This document shows positions 25,091 through 33,866 of a DNA stretch of 64,000 nt, piece after piece. Positions within the stretch are counted from its first letter, which is position 1. The number at the start of each line of letters is the position of its first letter. The notes beneath the pieces were generated by a model. That model had not been told where the DNA came from. It worked only from the letters and a program-made list of their open reading frames with translations, and searched no databases. Position numbers and translations under genes: made by a program. This DNA is from Escherichia phage vB_VIPECOMC06: sequence record PQ416618.1; one strand, written 5' to 3'.

Positions 25091-25399
25091 ATGAAAACAT
25101 TTAAAGAATTTATCTGTGAAGCAGCTGCACCAAAGACATTCGTTATTCATACTCAAGCGGGTCTTGATGATGAGTATGCGGAAGCAATTCTGAAGTCACT
25201 TGCTAAGAACGGCGTTGAAGTAATTGCTTCGGACTTTAAGAAAGGGGCTCCCGAGATGTTTATTTCTATAACTAAAGGATCTAAAGCTAAGATTAAATCA
25301 TCATTCGGAGTTGCTCGTACCGATCAACTTGACAATCATAACTTTAAACAAACTGGCGTTAAACGGCAGAATACGATTGCATCACGCGGAATAAAATAG
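25091..25399 (+). CDS. Internal-protein-like injected protein with capsid targeting sequence
   Basis: Starts MKTFKEFICEAA; 102 aa; paralogous N-terminus to the 24758 ORF. Confidence 0.7.
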   Translation: MKTFKEFICEAAAPKTFVIHTQAGLDDEYAEAILKSLAKNGVEVIASDFKKGAPEMFISITKGSKAKIKSSFGVARTDQLDNHNFKQTGVKRQNTIASRGIK

Positions 25400-25410
25400 T
25401 TTATAAAACC

Positions 25411-25448
25411 GTTTACTTTTAGATAGGGTAGTGATACTATTACCCTAT
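25411..25448 (+). promoter_or_regulatory. Early promoter/stem-loop cassette
   Basis: gtttac -35, palindrome atagggtagtgatactattaccctat over -10, then caactactgaggagaataaaATG. Confidence 0.55.
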
Positions 25449-25468
25449 CAACTACTGAGGAGAATAAA

Positions 25469-25654
25469 ATGAAACGCGCTGAACTGATTCGTAATGTTGC
25501 TGTAGTAATTGCTTCAATGGCTTTTAGTTTTTCGATGTTTGTAGGATTCATTTGTGGACTACTGACAACAACAGAAAATTCTATCTCATTGGTAGTAGCA
25601 TTTCTAATCGGCTTAATCGCTATCGTTATGGATAAAATTGCAAAAGGTGAGTAA
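25469..25654 (+). CDS. Small hydrophobic (membrane) protein
   Basis: 61 aa, one long hydrophobic stretch; GAGGAG SD. Confidence 0.5.
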   Translation: MKRAELIRNVAVVIASMAFSFSMFVGFICGLLTTTENSISLVVAFLIGLIAIVMDKIAKGE

Positions 25655-25655
25655 A

Positions 25656-26018
25656 ATGAAATATCAAGTATATGCGGATTTTGAATCAAATCCTTCTAAA
25701 GACCCTGATTGTCGTTTGATACGCAGACCATTTGATTCAGCAGCTCAAGCCTGGGCTTGGATTAAAACTTGTACTCCTTCTTACACTTTCTTTGAAGTGG
25801 TAGATGATAACGGCATTTTGCATCCAGAACCTACAAAAACTATTAATTTCCTTCTGTTTGCTGGTTACGACTGTTATCCTCTTGGCGGTATTGACGATCT
25901 TGTTGCTACAGGAAAAACTGTTGAAGCTCTTCGTGAAATCTACAAAAATGCTGAAGAAAATTTTGACTGGTACCAGATTGTCAGTGCACATACTTTTGAA
26001 GTGGTGGAACACTCATGA
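25656..26018 (+). CDS. Hypothetical protein
   Basis: 120 aa from MKYQVYADF with AAAGGTGAG SD. Confidence 0.5.
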   Translation: MKYQVYADFESNPSKDPDCRLIRRPFDSAAQAWAWIKTCTPSYTFFEVVDDNGILHPEPTKTINFLLFAGYDCYPLGGIDDLVATGKTVEALREIYKNAEENFDWYQIVSAHTFEVVEHS

Positions 26019-26305
26019 TTCTTTATGCTAAAGTAAAATCTGTCGAGAACGGATATGAAAGCGATCAACGTGCAGCTAAAGCACTAGTCGATGACTATGG
26101 TATTTTGACTATTTTTGAAGTTGAAAAGGTTTACATCGACCGTTCATCTTCACAGGTTAAATTACTCTGTGAAGATGATAAATTTAACACAGTTAACTTT
26201 GATTTCTTTATTGAAACAGAAAAAGGCCCTCTTGAATATGATATTTTCAAGAATCCTTTGAAATTACGTTGCATTGAATATAATTACATTAATATGGTAC
26301 GGTGA
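26015..26305 (+). CDS. Hypothetical protein
   Basis: 96 aa; ATGA start/stop overlap with the upstream ORF. Confidence 0.5.
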   Translation: MILYAKVKSVENGYESDQRAAKALVDDYGILTIFEVEKVYIDRSSSQVKLLCEDDKFNTVNFDFFIETEKGPLEYDIFKNPLKLRCIEYNYINMVR

Positions 26306-26309
26306 GTAA

Positions 26310-26825
26310 ATGAATATTTGTTTAGGCAGTACAATTCCTAAAGGTTACGTAATTGATGTCACTACTTGGGAAAATGACGGTGACAACTATAAAACCAAAA
26401 CATTATTTGGTGTAGAAGAGCATGAGCTCCAACAGTTTAAATATCTCTTGAAGAAATTTAAGAGCCGTCATTCTAGCACCAAAGCCGAACGTTATTGCGG
26501 TAATACACCATTCAGTGATTGCTCGCTTTTAATCTATGAATACTTGGTTGAAGGACTGTTCTCAGACCAGCTTTATCCAGAATTCATTAAAAAGGTCTTT
26601 GATATTGAAGTCGACCTCGGTAATAAATCTGAAGAAGACGAATCACGTGTATTTGACCTGTTCCGTGAGAATGGATATTTGGTATCAGAAGGTCTCACTG
26701 ATATTCTTGGTCATGCTTCTGAATATTATGATTATGATTTCTTGCGTGTAGTTGAACGTGTCGAATTTGCTTATATTGAAGAAGAAATCGTTTTGCCAAC
26801 CGTTAAAATGATTGATTTGCTTTAA
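26310..26825 (+). CDS. Hypothetical protein
   Basis: 171 aa ORF with GGTGAG SD. Confidence 0.5.
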   Translation: MNICLGSTIPKGYVIDVTTWENDGDNYKTKTLFGVEEHELQQFKYLLKKFKSRHSSTKAERYCGNTPFSDCSLLIYEYLVEGLFSDQLYPEFIKKVFDIEVDLGNKSEEDESRVFDLFRENGYLVSEGLTDILGHASEYYDYDFLRVVERVEFAYIEEEIVLPTVKMIDLL

Positions 26826-26904
26826 GAATTATGTGTTATTATTAATTCATACCCTCTATTACCAAAGGTGCTCTAAAGTGCCTTTCATAATAGAAAGTTA
26901 TTAA

Positions 26905-26976
26905 GGCCCTGTAGCTCAATGGGAGAGCTGTCAGCTCATAACTGATAGGTAGCTGGATCGAAACCAGCCAGGGCCA
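26905..26976 (+). tRNA. tRNA with CAU anticodon (Met or lysidine-modified Ile)
   Basis: Cloverleaf readable by eye: acceptor GGCCCTG/CAGGGCC, D-arm GCTC-AATGGGA-GAGC, anticodon stem GTCAG/CTGAT with loop CTCATAA, T-arm GCTGG-ATCGAAA-CCAGC, discriminator A; no encoded CCA. Confidence 0.8.
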
Positions 26977-27017
26977 TATTTTGGGAACATAAATACTCTT
27001 AGAAATAGGAGATATTT

Positions 27018-27686
27018 ATGTTCCATTACACTTATAAAATAACAAATAAAATTAATAATAAAATCTATATAGGCGCTCATTCTACCGAAAATTTAGATGA
27101 TGGATATATGGGTTCTGGTAAATTATTAAAAAGAGCCCAAGACAAGTATGGTATAGAAAATTTTAATAAAGAAATTTTAGAATTCTTTGACACTAAAGAG
27201 CAGATGTTTGAAGCCGAGAAAAATATCGTAAACGAAGAATTTTTGAATCGTTCTGACGTATATAATTTAAAACTTGGTGGCGAAGGTGGTTGGGACCATT
27301 TAAATACTTACGAATTTAATTATAAAAAGAAAGAAGCCTCTATTAAAGGAGCCAAAGCTTTTAAAGAGAGATTTGATTCTGATGAAGTGCTTCAAGAAAA
27401 ATATCGTAAAATGGGTTCAGAGAAATTAAAGCATCTGTGGACTTTACCTGAATACAGAGAAAAATTCTCTAGCACTAAGTCGTTTTTAAATAAAAATCAT
27501 ACTTCCGAAACTATTGCTAAAATGAAAGATACCCACGCCAGGAACAAACACCAACAAGGCGAGAAAAATTCCCAGTTTGGTACTATGTGGATTCATTCAT
27601 TAGAAGAAAAGAAATCTAAGAAAATTAAGAAAACCGATCCTATTCCGGAAGGTTGGATTAAAGGCTATAAACTAAAATTTAAGTGA
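27018..27686 (+). mobile_element. GIY-YIG homing endonuclease (SegB-like) immediately 3' of the tRNA
   Basis: 222 aa; N-terminal YTYKITNKINNKIYIGAHS GIY-YIG motif; C-terminal NUMOD-like basic repeats; T4 segB (~221 aa) also lies in the tRNA cluster. Confidence 0.75.
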
Positions 27687-27693
27687 GGAAAAT

Positions 27694-28038
27694 ATGAAAG
27701 GCAATATTTATCTGGTAGTTCATGATTTAACGTTTTATTTTAACGAATATGATACAGTTATTTCTCATCGATTGATTAATTCGCTGTATCAGCACGCCGA
27801 TTACATTTATGTCCAAAATGAATTTGGACATTGGAAGTTCATTAAAAATCGTTCTGGGTTAACTAGTTTTGAATACTTTGACCGTAAAGACCTTTTAAAC
27901 GAAATCCCATTGCAACATCGGTTCCAGAAACGCGAATCATTATATTATTGCCGTCATATACCAAATGCCGAATGTGTTTATGAAGCGATTAATCTATGGC
28001 GTCGGCGTCGAGAGCAAATTAATGATATGCCAAAATAA
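27694..28038 (+). CDS. Hypothetical protein
   Basis: 114 aa ORF with GAGGAAAA SD. Confidence 0.45.
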   Translation: MKGNIYLVVHDLTFYFNEYDTVISHRLINSLYQHADYIYVQNEFGHWKFIKNRSGLTSFEYFDRKDLLNEIPLQHRFQKRESLYYCRHIPNAECVYEAINLWRRRREQINDMPK

Positions 28039-28040
28039 GA

Positions 28041-28337
28041 AACCGGGTCGCTACCGGTAAGTCGTCGGACTGATGTTCCCTGCGTAAGGACTGGTCTTAA
28101 TAAATCTTTATGATTTGTTAATATCCCCTTACATCACAGCAGAAACGGCGCACAGAATTATCGATTCGAGGAAATATCTTTGCCGTAAGCCGAGTAGCGT
28201 TTTTGACGGAACGTTCGGATATGGTCGAGATATGGCCTTTTAAAAATATTGAGTAGCGTCAACTGCTTAATAACCGGGTTCGAATCCCGGCGTTTCGTAC
28301 AAACACTTGCCTTGCAGGTGGAACCCCGACAAGGTAT
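28041..28337 (+). ncRNA. ORF-free candidate structured/stable RNA region containing a tRNA-like T-arm
   Basis: About 300 bp with no ORF of 60 aa or more; ccgggTTCGAATcccgg at 28274-28290 is a canonical tRNA T-stem-loop but I could not pair a full acceptor stem; T4 encodes stable RNAs C and D next to its tRNAs. Confidence 0.3.
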
Positions 28338-28366
28338 AGCCCCTTCCGAAAGGTTGGGGCTTTTTG
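28338..28366 (+). terminator. Rho-independent terminator
   Basis: agcccc-ttccgaaaggtt-ggggct hairpin followed by TTTTT; a near-identical copy is at 43427-43455. Confidence 0.7.
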
Positions 28367-28498
28367 GTATCTAGGCCTTTCAGGGCCTCTCTAGGCATCA
28401 TTTAGTTTATACCCTTTATAATATATTATCCTACCTTTTAATTTCCTCTCCCTGCCCTAGAATTCCATAAAACTTTTTTTAAAAATTTTCACAAAACT

Positions 28499-28528
28499 GT
28501 TTACATCCCTGTTCTTCTATGGTACTAT
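28499..28528 (+). promoter_or_regulatory. Early promoter cassette (GTTTAC ... TACTAT)
   Basis: ctgtttacatccctgttcttctatggtactat then caactactg...ggagaataaaATG. Confidence 0.5.
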
Positions 28529-28570
28529 ATCAATATCAACTACTGATACAGAAACAACTTGGAGAATAAA

Positions 28571-28834
28571 ATGGATAATTACGGTGAACTGTTCAACTTC
28601 TTTATGAAATGCGTTCCAGAAGATTTCGGACGTACAGTGAATGATATTAAAGTTATTGGACCTGAACACCCGGTGTATGAAACCTATGCAGTAATGGGTA
28701 ATGAAGATGGACAGTGGTATACAATTAAAGTTGTGATTAATATGTTCTCGGCTGAAGGCTACGCCAAATCGTCTACCAAAGTTTACCATGATAACGATTT
28801 TGATGCGGAAGATTATTTCAATAATATGAAATAA
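28571..28834 (+). CDS. Hypothetical protein
   Basis: 87 aa from MDNYGEL with GGAG SD. Confidence 0.45.
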   Translation: MDNYGELFNFFMKCVPEDFGRTVNDIKVIGPEHPVYETYAVMGNEDGQWYTIKVVINMFSAEGYAKSSTKVYHDNDFDAEDYFNNMK

Positions 28835-28864
28835 TTGTTTACATGGGCTCATGATTAAGATATT

Positions 28865-29197
28865 ATGAGCCCTATTAATGAGAAGAATGTTATGAGTCTT
28901 TATACTGAACTGAATAAAAAATCTGAAGAATCTGCTGAAACTATTTTTAAAAACGTGCAAAAGCGTATTTTAGAAAAGATGTATAACACTGCAGCTAAAG
29001 GTGAAAAATCTTGCCGGTTTCCGATGAGGTGTTCTTCTGATTTATGCGCAAATACTATTGAATGGCTGGAAAGCGAAGGTCTTACGGTAGAGAAAAATCC
29101 AACGACTTCTATTGACAGTGAATCATATATTAGTATTTCTTGGGATAAACCACGTATTAATGAAGGACACTACAAGTTGTTAAGTTGGAAAAATTAA
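28865..29197 (+). CDS. Hypothetical protein
   Basis: 110 aa ORF. Confidence 0.4.
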   Translation: MSPINEKNVMSLYTELNKKSEESAETIFKNVQKRILEKMYNTAAKGEKSCRFPMRCSSDLCANTIEWLESEGLTVEKNPTTSIDSESYISISWDKPRINEGHYKLLSWKN

Positions 29198-29266
29198 AAA
29201 TAAATGATGTACAAACGCCAAGGACGGTGTTACTATAGACTTATCAACTACAGAGGAGTAAACAAA

Positions 29267-29431
29267 ATGACTACTTTAATTATTTGGTTCGATGAAAATG
29301 AAGAAACATACTGTGTGAATATTGGTGAAAGTCCAATGCCTGAATTTGAATCCTCAGATAAAAACTCTGTTGTATCTTGGGCTGAAGGTTATAAAGCAGC
29401 TAAAGGTGACGTTGAAATAATTTACATCTAA
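29267..29431 (+). CDS. Hypothetical small protein
   Basis: 54 aa from MTTLIIWF with GAGGAG SD; ORF-track extension upstream lacks an SD. Confidence 0.35.
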   Translation: MTTLIIWFDENEETYCVNIGESPMPEFESSDKNSVVSWAEGYKAAKGDVEIIYI

Positions 29432-29478
29432 GTAAGTTTATGTTATAGTAATCACATCAAATCAAGAGGAGAAACAAA

Positions 29479-29706
29479 ATGGCTACAGTTAGTATTGATG
29501 TCGTTGATTATGAATACACCGAAGAAGTTATTCGCAACCGTCACCCTGAAGTTCGTATCGATTCGGTCCAAGATTCCAAGTTCTGGACAACTGAGCTTAA
29601 TCTGAGTGGTCCTTATGAAGCTGTTAAGAAGTTCATGGTTGAAGAATACTGTGAAGGCATGCACCCAGAAGACGCCGAGTTTTATGTCAATTTGATTAAA
29701 AAATAA
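29479..29706 (+). CDS. Hypothetical acidic protein
   Basis: 75 aa; AGAGGAG SD. Confidence 0.45.
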   Translation: MATVSIDVVDYEYTEEVIRNRHPEVRIDSVQDSKFWTTELNLSGPYEAVKKFMVEEYCEGMHPEDAEFYVNLIKK

Positions 29707-29741
29707 TTTACAAACTCTTGAGAGCAGAGTATAATGCTCTC
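29706..29741 (+). promoter_or_regulatory. Early promoter/stem-loop cassette; near-identical copy at 59314-59348
   Basis: tttacaaactcttgagagcagagTATAATgctctc; palindrome gagagca/tgctctc flanks the -10. Confidence 0.55.
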
Positions 29742-29776
29742 ATTGGATATTAAACCACCAATTGAAAGGTAATAAT

Positions 29777-30370
29777 ATGAACACACTGAAGAAACTTGTT
29801 GAATTCATCCGCACTAAACTGGGTACTGCTATGGCTAAAAATCTGACTGTCGAAGAACAGTATAACGCAGCTGCAGATAAGTTGATTACCCAAATCAAAG
29901 AACTAAAAACGGCTTCTGTTAAATCTATTAATGAAGAAAAACGTATTCGTGAACTTGTTATTGAAAAGAATAAGCAAGCCGCTTCTAAGGAACGTGAAAT
30001 TCGTAAGCTCTTGGCTGAAGGACAAGATGTTACCATGCATGCTAAGCTTGGTCTTCTGTATCGTCGAACTGCCGAACAACTTAATACAAAAGCCGACGGG
30101 TACGCTGCTATGCGAATTGAAATTGCTCGTAAGGTGGTTGAACTTGATGATGCTCGTCAGAACCTGGCAATCAAACTCGAATACATTCGTGAAACTCGAG
30201 CAGCCAATGCCCTTGGTATCTCTACGGCTGATGATGTAATTGAAATCGCTGCACTGACTAAGGTTGATATCGAAGACACTCTGACTCGTGTTGAAACGTT
30301 CAATGGCACTCCAACTGGTGTCGAAACAACTTCTGCTGATGTACAAGAATATATTAACTCTTTGAAATAA
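29777..30370 (+). CDS. Coiled-coil protein, possibly PspA/IM30-like
   Basis: 197 aa, long heptad-like helical sequence (…[28 protein letters not shown]…[20 protein letters not shown]); resemblance to PspA architecture is by eye only. Confidence 0.4.
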   Translation: MNTLKKLVEFIRTKLGTAMAKNLTVEEQYNAAADKLITQIKELKTASVKSINEEKRIRELVIEKNKQAASKEREIRKLLAEGQDVTMHAKLGLLYRRTAEQLNTKADGYAAMRIEIARKVVELDDARQNLAIKLEYIRETRAANALGISTADDVIEIAALTKVDIEDTLTRVETFNGTPTGVETTSADVQEYINSLK

Positions 30371-30378
30371 AATAATAC

Positions 30379-30400
30379 GGAGGACTCCGGTCCTCCTTTT
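30379..30400 (+). terminator. Rho-independent terminator
   Basis: ggaggac-tccg-gtcctcc hairpin followed by TTTT. Confidence 0.65.
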
Positions 30401-30419
30401 GGATAATAAAGGAGTTAAC

Positions 30420-31016
30420 ATGCGAAACCAAAATAATGATATTGACTCAATGTTCGAAGAGTTCCGAAATAAGGTAAATCCACCTACGTCTTTAGTTGAT
30501 TCATTACGATATGTTGCAACTGGACGTAAATGGTACTGGTCGTCTTCTTATGAGACAACTGAATATGCAAATAACCGAAAATCTTTATTAGCCCCAGGTA
30601 TTATGATTCATGATATCGGAGCTATTGCTAAACTAGTTGCAGACCATGATATTAGATTCACTGATTTCGTTGCTCCTACGTGGTCTGTTTGTTGTTTAAA
30701 CACTGAATGGGACTATATCAGTGAACGCTCTGAAGATTATTATGGTTTTAGAGATAAGCTCTTAAGGTCTAACATGTTTTATATCGATACTGAAGTTCTA
30801 GTCGATAATAAAAAATATTACTTTACGTTAATCGTCGATTCTGAAACTATGTATGAAGGCAAGCCTTTGCTTAAAAGAGTTGATGCTTTAAGTGCTATTG
30901 ATGCGCTTTATGAAACCATGGTTGTTAGTCCTAATTTCACTAACAATTTAATCCTTGAGCAATTTATTATGGAATGTAGAGAATATGTCAAAGCCAACCC
31001 TGTACATGCCAAGTAA
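30420..31016 (+). CDS. Hypothetical protein ending in the FIMECR junction motif
   Basis: 198 aa from MRNQNNDID with AAAGGAG SD; C-terminus ...EQFIMECREYVKANPVHAK. Confidence 0.45.
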   Translation: MRNQNNDIDSMFEEFRNKVNPPTSLVDSLRYVATGRKWYWSSSYETTEYANNRKSLLAPGIMIHDIGAIAKLVADHDIRFTDFVAPTWSVCCLNTEWDYISERSEDYYGFRDKLLRSNMFYIDTEVLVDNKKYYFTLIVDSETMYEGKPLLKRVDALSAIDALYETMVVSPNFTNNLILEQFIMECREYVKANPVHAK

Positions 31017-31380
31017 GCCCTGGGCGTATGAATACAAACGTAAATTAATCCCAAATGAAGTACTATTTGGCCCTATTTTAGCTTTAGCATTTTTAATCTT
31101 TATGATTATAGGAGCTATTTTAGATTCCAATAAAGTTATATCATCTGATGCAGTGTTTTTACTTATTATAGCCGGGTCGTTTATTGTACCATTTTTATTA
31201 ATGCCTATTAACTGGGTGGGATATTGGTACCAAGGACGTCATCACAGAGCCCGATTAAGAGAATGGAAAGTTCAGTGCGCAAAAGCCCAAGCTCAGTATG
31301 ATGAAGCTGTTAAAAAGTATGAATATGAAGAAGCTATGGAATTCGTTAAGGAAATAAGATGCAAAAGCCTCAACTCTTAA
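30985..31380 (+). CDS. Small membrane protein (FVKEIRC-tail family)
   Basis: 131 aa from MSKPTLYMP; two hydrophobic segments; C-terminus ...MEFVKEIRCKSLNS. Confidence 0.5.
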   Translation: MSKPTLYMPSKPWAYEYKRKLIPNEVLFGPILALAFLIFMIIGAILDSNKVISSDAVFLLIIAGSFIVPFLLMPINWVGYWYQGRHHRARLREWKVQCAKAQAQYDEAVKKYEYEEAMEFVKEIRCKSLNS

Positions 31381-31718
31381 CCGTATGGCCTTCTCTTGGC
31401 GAGAACATTCTAATTTTTATTATGAGTATTGGCATGGGATTTGCCTTTGGATTAGTTGGATTTCTTATTGACGGCGTTGTGTTAGGATTTATAGGGAACA
31501 CTGGTGGATTCACAGACCAATGGCAGGACTTACGGTATACCCAAGCCTTTGCATCCATCGCATCCTTTTGTACTGTAGTCTATTTTTACTACGATTTTAT
31601 AAACCATAACAAGAAAAATAAAAAGGTTTACGCTTCTCAAATGATTAGTTATAATGAACTCCTAGCTAGACGTGAAAATGAAACAATAGAAAACTTTATT
31701 AAGGAATGTAGAAAATGA
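31359..31718 (+). CDS. Small membrane protein (FIKECR-tail family)
   Basis: 119 aa; hydrophobic segments; C-terminus ...ENFIKECRK; AAGGAA SD. Confidence 0.5.
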   Translation: MQKPQLLTVWPSLGENILIFIMSIGMGFAFGLVGFLIDGVVLGFIGNTGGFTDQWQDLRYTQAFASIASFCTVVYFYYDFINHNKKNKKVYASQMISYNELLARRENETIENFIKECRK

Positions 31719-32020
31719 GTAAGATTATTGAAATTAAAGTACCAGAGTTTAATGATGCCAAATCCGCTTCAGATGCAATTTATAAACTTCTGAATCAAGC
31801 TGAACGTATCGAAGAAGAAGCAACAAAGATCGCAGACCAATATGCTGTATCATTTTCTGTAGGTGATTACGGTAGCGGTCGTACTTATTATCCTAAGGGT
31901 GAAATTGTATCCCAGTGGATGAAAGATGAAATTGAAAATAATGGTGGTGATGTTAAACGTGAAGGTAATGGTTACGTTATTACTGAAGGTGCTTGGGTTT
32001 CGTCTTCTGCGATGTGCTAA
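31715..32020 (+). CDS. Hypothetical protein, member of a tandem paralog triplet (C-terminal W-V-S-S-S..C)
   Basis: 101 aa; C-terminus EGAWVSSSAMC; the next two ORFs share this tail. Confidence 0.5.
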   Translation: MSKIIEIKVPEFNDAKSASDAIYKLLNQAERIEEEATKIADQYAVSFSVGDYGSGRTYYPKGEIVSQWMKDEIENNGGDVKREGNGYVITEGAWVSSSAMC

Positions 32021-32029
32021 GGAATCATT

Positions 32030-32302
32030 ATGTCTAAAGAACAAACCGAACTGGCCGAAGCCGTAGAAAAAATCTATGCAGCTATTGAGGCTGCCAAAGA
32101 AATTGCTGATAAACAAAACACAACATTCGACTTGTATCCAGCTTATGGTATGGGTGGAACCTATCATTCACCTGGACAACTTAAAGCCGATCTTGAACGT
32201 TGTACAAAAAACGGCTATGCTGAATGGGCTGACGTTTACCAATACGACTACAACCTGAGCCTCGAAACCGGTGGTTGGATTGCATCTTCTCACACTTGCT
32301 AA
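32030..32302 (+). CDS. Hypothetical protein, paralog triplet member
   Basis: 90 aa; C-terminus GGWIASSHTC. Confidence 0.5.
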   Translation: MSKEQTELAEAVEKIYAAIEAAKEIADKQNTTFDLYPAYGMGGTYHSPGQLKADLERCTKNGYAEWADVYQYDYNLSLETGGWIASSHTC

Positions 32303-32311
32303 GGAAATCAT

Positions 32312-32509
32312 ATGTCTCGTGAATTAGATTGTGCTGTACGTACGGCAGTAGCTGCTCTGGAAAACCTGTTCCAAATTGCAACAGAAGAACGCGAAGAAGT
32401 TACATTATGGATTGAAGATAACGCAGGTCTGAATCTCCAGAATGCAATCTCGGTATCAAATAATAGTATTACTGTTCAAGGCTGGGTATCATCTAGTTAT
32501 TCTTGCTAA
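32312..32509 (+). CDS. Hypothetical protein, paralog triplet member
   Basis: 65 aa; C-terminus QGWVSSSYSC. Confidence 0.5.
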   Translation: MSRELDCAVRTAVAALENLFQIATEEREEVTLWIEDNAGLNLQNAISVSNNSITVQGWVSSSYSC

Positions 32510-32513
32510 AACA

Positions 32514-32543
32514 GTTTACAACAAGATAGGGCTATGTTATAGT
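32514..32543 (+). promoter_or_regulatory. Early promoter/stem-loop cassette
   Basis: gtttacaacaagatagggctatgttatagtagtcctatc (palindrome atagg.../...cctat over -10). Confidence 0.5.
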
Positions 32544-32571
32544 AGTCCTATCAAATTAAATGGAGTCCACA

Positions 32572-32811
32572 ATGATTTATTACGAAAGTATCGGAACCAA
32601 AGTGGTTGGTAAAACCATTACTCGTGAAAAGTTTGCAAAGATATTCGATATGCGTTATAAAAAATCTGAACACAAAGGCATCAGATTCGAAGATGCACAC
32701 TGTACAATTTGCCCTTATAATGAAGACATAAATGGTACAATCGTTCCATTGGTAGAGGCTTCACATGACGACCTCTGGGATGAATATAATATCGCATGTC
32801 GCGAAATTTAA
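32572..32811 (+). CDS. Hypothetical Cys/His-containing small protein
   Basis: 79 aa from MIYYES with GGAG SD. Confidence 0.4.
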   Translation: MIYYESIGTKVVGKTITREKFAKIFDMRYKKSEHKGIRFEDAHCTICPYNEDINGTIVPLVEASHDDLWDEYNIACREI

Positions 32812-32839
32812 GTTAATGAATTAATCCGAGGAAATTATT

Positions 32840-33796
32840 ATGATGTTAGTTATTGGTTCTCGTGCACTTCACTATCATGGACTTATTGATTCTAACGCTA
32901 TCAAAAATAGTGACTGGGACTTTATTGCGGACCAAGGTTCTTGGAATACATTCAAAAATCAAATGATGGGTGTATATGTTCACCAAGATAACCCTGATGT
33001 CCAAGTTTTCAAATGCTTCCATAACGGACGCGAAACTCATTTTGAAGCATATATTGTTCCGGCAATCACTAATGTCCGTGAATTAGTCGGTGAACTCACT
33101 CCTGAAGATTTCACGTCTTCTTACGACCTTTTAAAATACGCCAAGAAAAATTTAACTAAAGACCGTTTGAACGGGTTTTACTGGGCAACTCCTGGGATGT
33201 GTCTTGCAATTAAGATGTCTCATCGTTTCAAGAAAAATAATCCATTCTTTTTAAAGACTATGAACCATATTCAGTATCTTCGTGGTAAAGGTGTTACACT
33301 GAACGATGAACTTACTGAAATTATGCTGAAACGCCAGAAAGAAACCTTGAACTATGCTCACCCAGTTCTTGACACTTCTAAAAGTGCGTTCTTTAAAGAT
33401 GACATCTATACATATGACCATGATACTATTCATGAAGCCATTGCACTAACAGACCGTCCAGCATATACATTTTATATGAAAGACGGTTCTGAAGTCATGA
33501 CCTCACGCGAGAAGTTTGAATCATTACCAGAAATGGTCAAATTGGCCGGTGTATACGAAGAATCATGTGTACTAGCATTAGAACGTTCTCAGATTCCTAA
33601 TGACTTTAAAATTAACCCTGAATCCAGTTTCATGATGGCATTGGAAAAAGTCTGTACAAGCATCACCTCCGGTTGGTTCCGTGAGTATGCCTGGGAAAAC
33701 TACAGCAAAGTAGTAAGTATGTACCAAAGCTTAGGACATGATGATTACGTCAAACGTTTCAAACAAAATTTCCATATGGTAAAACCTTTCAAATAA
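32840..33796 (+). CDS. Hypothetical 318-aa protein, possibly nucleotidyltransferase-fold
   Basis: N-terminus LVIGSRALHYHGLIDSNAIKNSDWDFI loosely fits a pol-beta NTase G-S...D-x-D signature, but the spacing is atypical; GAGGA SD. Confidence 0.35.
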   Translation: MMLVIGSRALHYHGLIDSNAIKNSDWDFIADQGSWNTFKNQMMGVYVHQDNPDVQVFKCFHNGRETHFEAYIVPAITNVRELVGELTPEDFTSSYDLLKYAKKNLTKDRLNGFYWATPGMCLAIKMSHRFKKNNPFFLKTMNHIQYLRGKGVTLNDELTEIMLKRQKETLNYAHPVLDTSKSAFFKDDIYTYDHDTIHEAIALTDRPAYTFYMKDGSEVMTSREKFESLPEMVKLAGVYEESCVLALERSQIPNDFKINPESSFMMALEKVCTSITSGWFREYAWENYSKVVSMYQSLGHDDYVKRFKQNFHMVKPFK

Positions 33797-33808
33797 CTTC
33801 ACAAAACT

Positions 33809-33838
33809 GTTTACAACATGATAGGACTATGTTATAGT
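33809..33838 (+). promoter_or_regulatory. Early promoter/stem-loop cassette
   Basis: gtttacaacatgataggactatgttatagtagtcctat. Confidence 0.5.
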
Positions 33839-33866
33839 AGTCCTATTAAAACATGAGGAGAATATT

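Noticed and set aside
28274-28300. Second tRNA gene based on the GGTTCGAATCC T-loop
   Set aside because: No complementary 5' acceptor strand, D-arm or anticodon stem could be paired in any register I tried; kept only as a tRNA-like remnant or structured RNA.
30955-30984. TTG-initiated longer version of the 30985 ORF, and similar alternative-start extensions in the ORF track (e.g. 21097, 35945, 46922, 53484, 57504, 58002, 59313)
   Set aside because: In each case an internal ATG with a well-spaced GGAG/AGGA Shine-Dalgarno gives a product matching homolog length or the repeated cassette context; the upstream extension lacks an RBS.
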